Shown one piece after another: positions 59,120 through 59,760 of a DNA stretch of 59,760 bases. Where the stretch lies: positions 1 through 59,760 of the forward strand of contig CAYGZV010000001.1 in assembly GCA_964354425.1 (NCBI GenBank), read 5' to 3'. Source of the DNA: an uncultured Rhodoplanes sp. (GTDB lineage: Bacteria; Pseudomonadota; Alphaproteobacteria; Rhizobiales; Xanthobacteraceae). Under the pieces are notes generated by a model. The model was not told the origin of the DNA. It ran no database searches and worked only from the letters and a program-made list of their open reading frames with translations. A program made the position numbers and the translations under genes. The first letter of the stretch is position 1, and each line of letters starts with the position of its first letter.

Positions 59120-59700
59120 CGGACCGGGCCTGACGTCACCATGCGTCGGCATGCGTCGGCATGGACGCGCTGGACGCACGGGCGAGCGCGCGCTGGATGC
59201 AGTCGCACCCGGCGCGCGAATGGTGCAGGCGGCAAACGCGATCGGCCTGCATGACTGCACGCATTGAGGCAGTGCGGCGATCGGCGCATAGCAGTCGTCA
59301 GGATGACGTCGCCCGGCTGTCTCGATCGCGCTGAAGGCCGCGGATCACCTGATCCTCGCGGCCGTCGGCATGGCCGCCCCAGGCGACGTCCTTTGTCCCG
59401 ATCCGCCGGATGACGAAGCGCCGCCGGATGACGAAGTCAGGCCCACTCACGGCATATGGCGCGCTGGCGGGCGTAGCGGGCATGCAGACGAACGCGACGA
59501 CGAGCCGGGCGGTTTCGTGCCCGCGCGATCAAAAGCGGCACGGGGCGCCTTCTCCCGGCCGCGCAGAGGCTGCCGATCACCCGGTCGGCCGCCCCTGGAC
59601 ACCGAGCCTGCCCTTGATGCAAGAGAACGGCGATTTAACCTCTCGCTAAGTCCGGCGGGCGATCGTCCATTCGGCGGCAGCCCGCGTCCGTGGAGCGCGA

Positions 59701-59760
59701 ATGACGGAACCCATCATCGCGAGACGGCTGGTGTATCATATCGGCGGCTATGATTTCACC
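59701..59760 (+). CDS. Start of a hypothetical protein, truncated by the window end
   Basis: GGAG RBS, then MTEPIIARRLVYHIGGYDFT open to the window edge. Confidence 0.6.
   Translation, partial: MTEPIIARRLVYHIGGYDFT

Noticed and set aside
59140-59436. CRISPR array
   Set aside because: Only two-copy short duplications, no spacer periodicity and no cas genes.

Overview
High-GC chromosomal window from an alphaproteobacterium. Gene content, REP-type repeats and CtrA boxes point to Hyphomicrobiales; this is inferred, not searched. The core genes are phaR/phaA, a MacAB-like ABC exporter, an M48 peptidase, a Bcr/CflA MFS, PBP1A, glnD, ssuACB, OsmC, aminobenzoate/salicylate CoA-pathway genes, mdoH, ndvA, a YbaL-type antiporter, cox subunit IV with pntAA/pntAB/pntB, an ABC1 kinase, pepF and a YcbB-like L,D-transpeptidase. 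Five accessory or decayed elements stand out. (1) A lower-GC, translationally coupled pair of stand-alone TIR-domain genes sits 3 bp after pepF with no effector gene, a candidate minimal anti-phage system. (2) A lower-GC SDR + CBS + CBS cassette lies between ~100-bp imperfect direct repeats of the cox4 promoter and 5' end. (3) A PTPS/Zn-ADH/GT4/methyltransferase/RibD-like cluster of unknown product is divergent from an mdoH-FkbM-membrane protein operon. (4) A frameshifted higB now reads in frame into higA. (5) A sigma54 response-regulator relic has lost its centre. No rRNA, tRNA, CRISPR array, integrase or transposase was recognised. Start codons were chosen by eye. GC statements are visual estimates and family assignments come from recognised motifs, not database searches.
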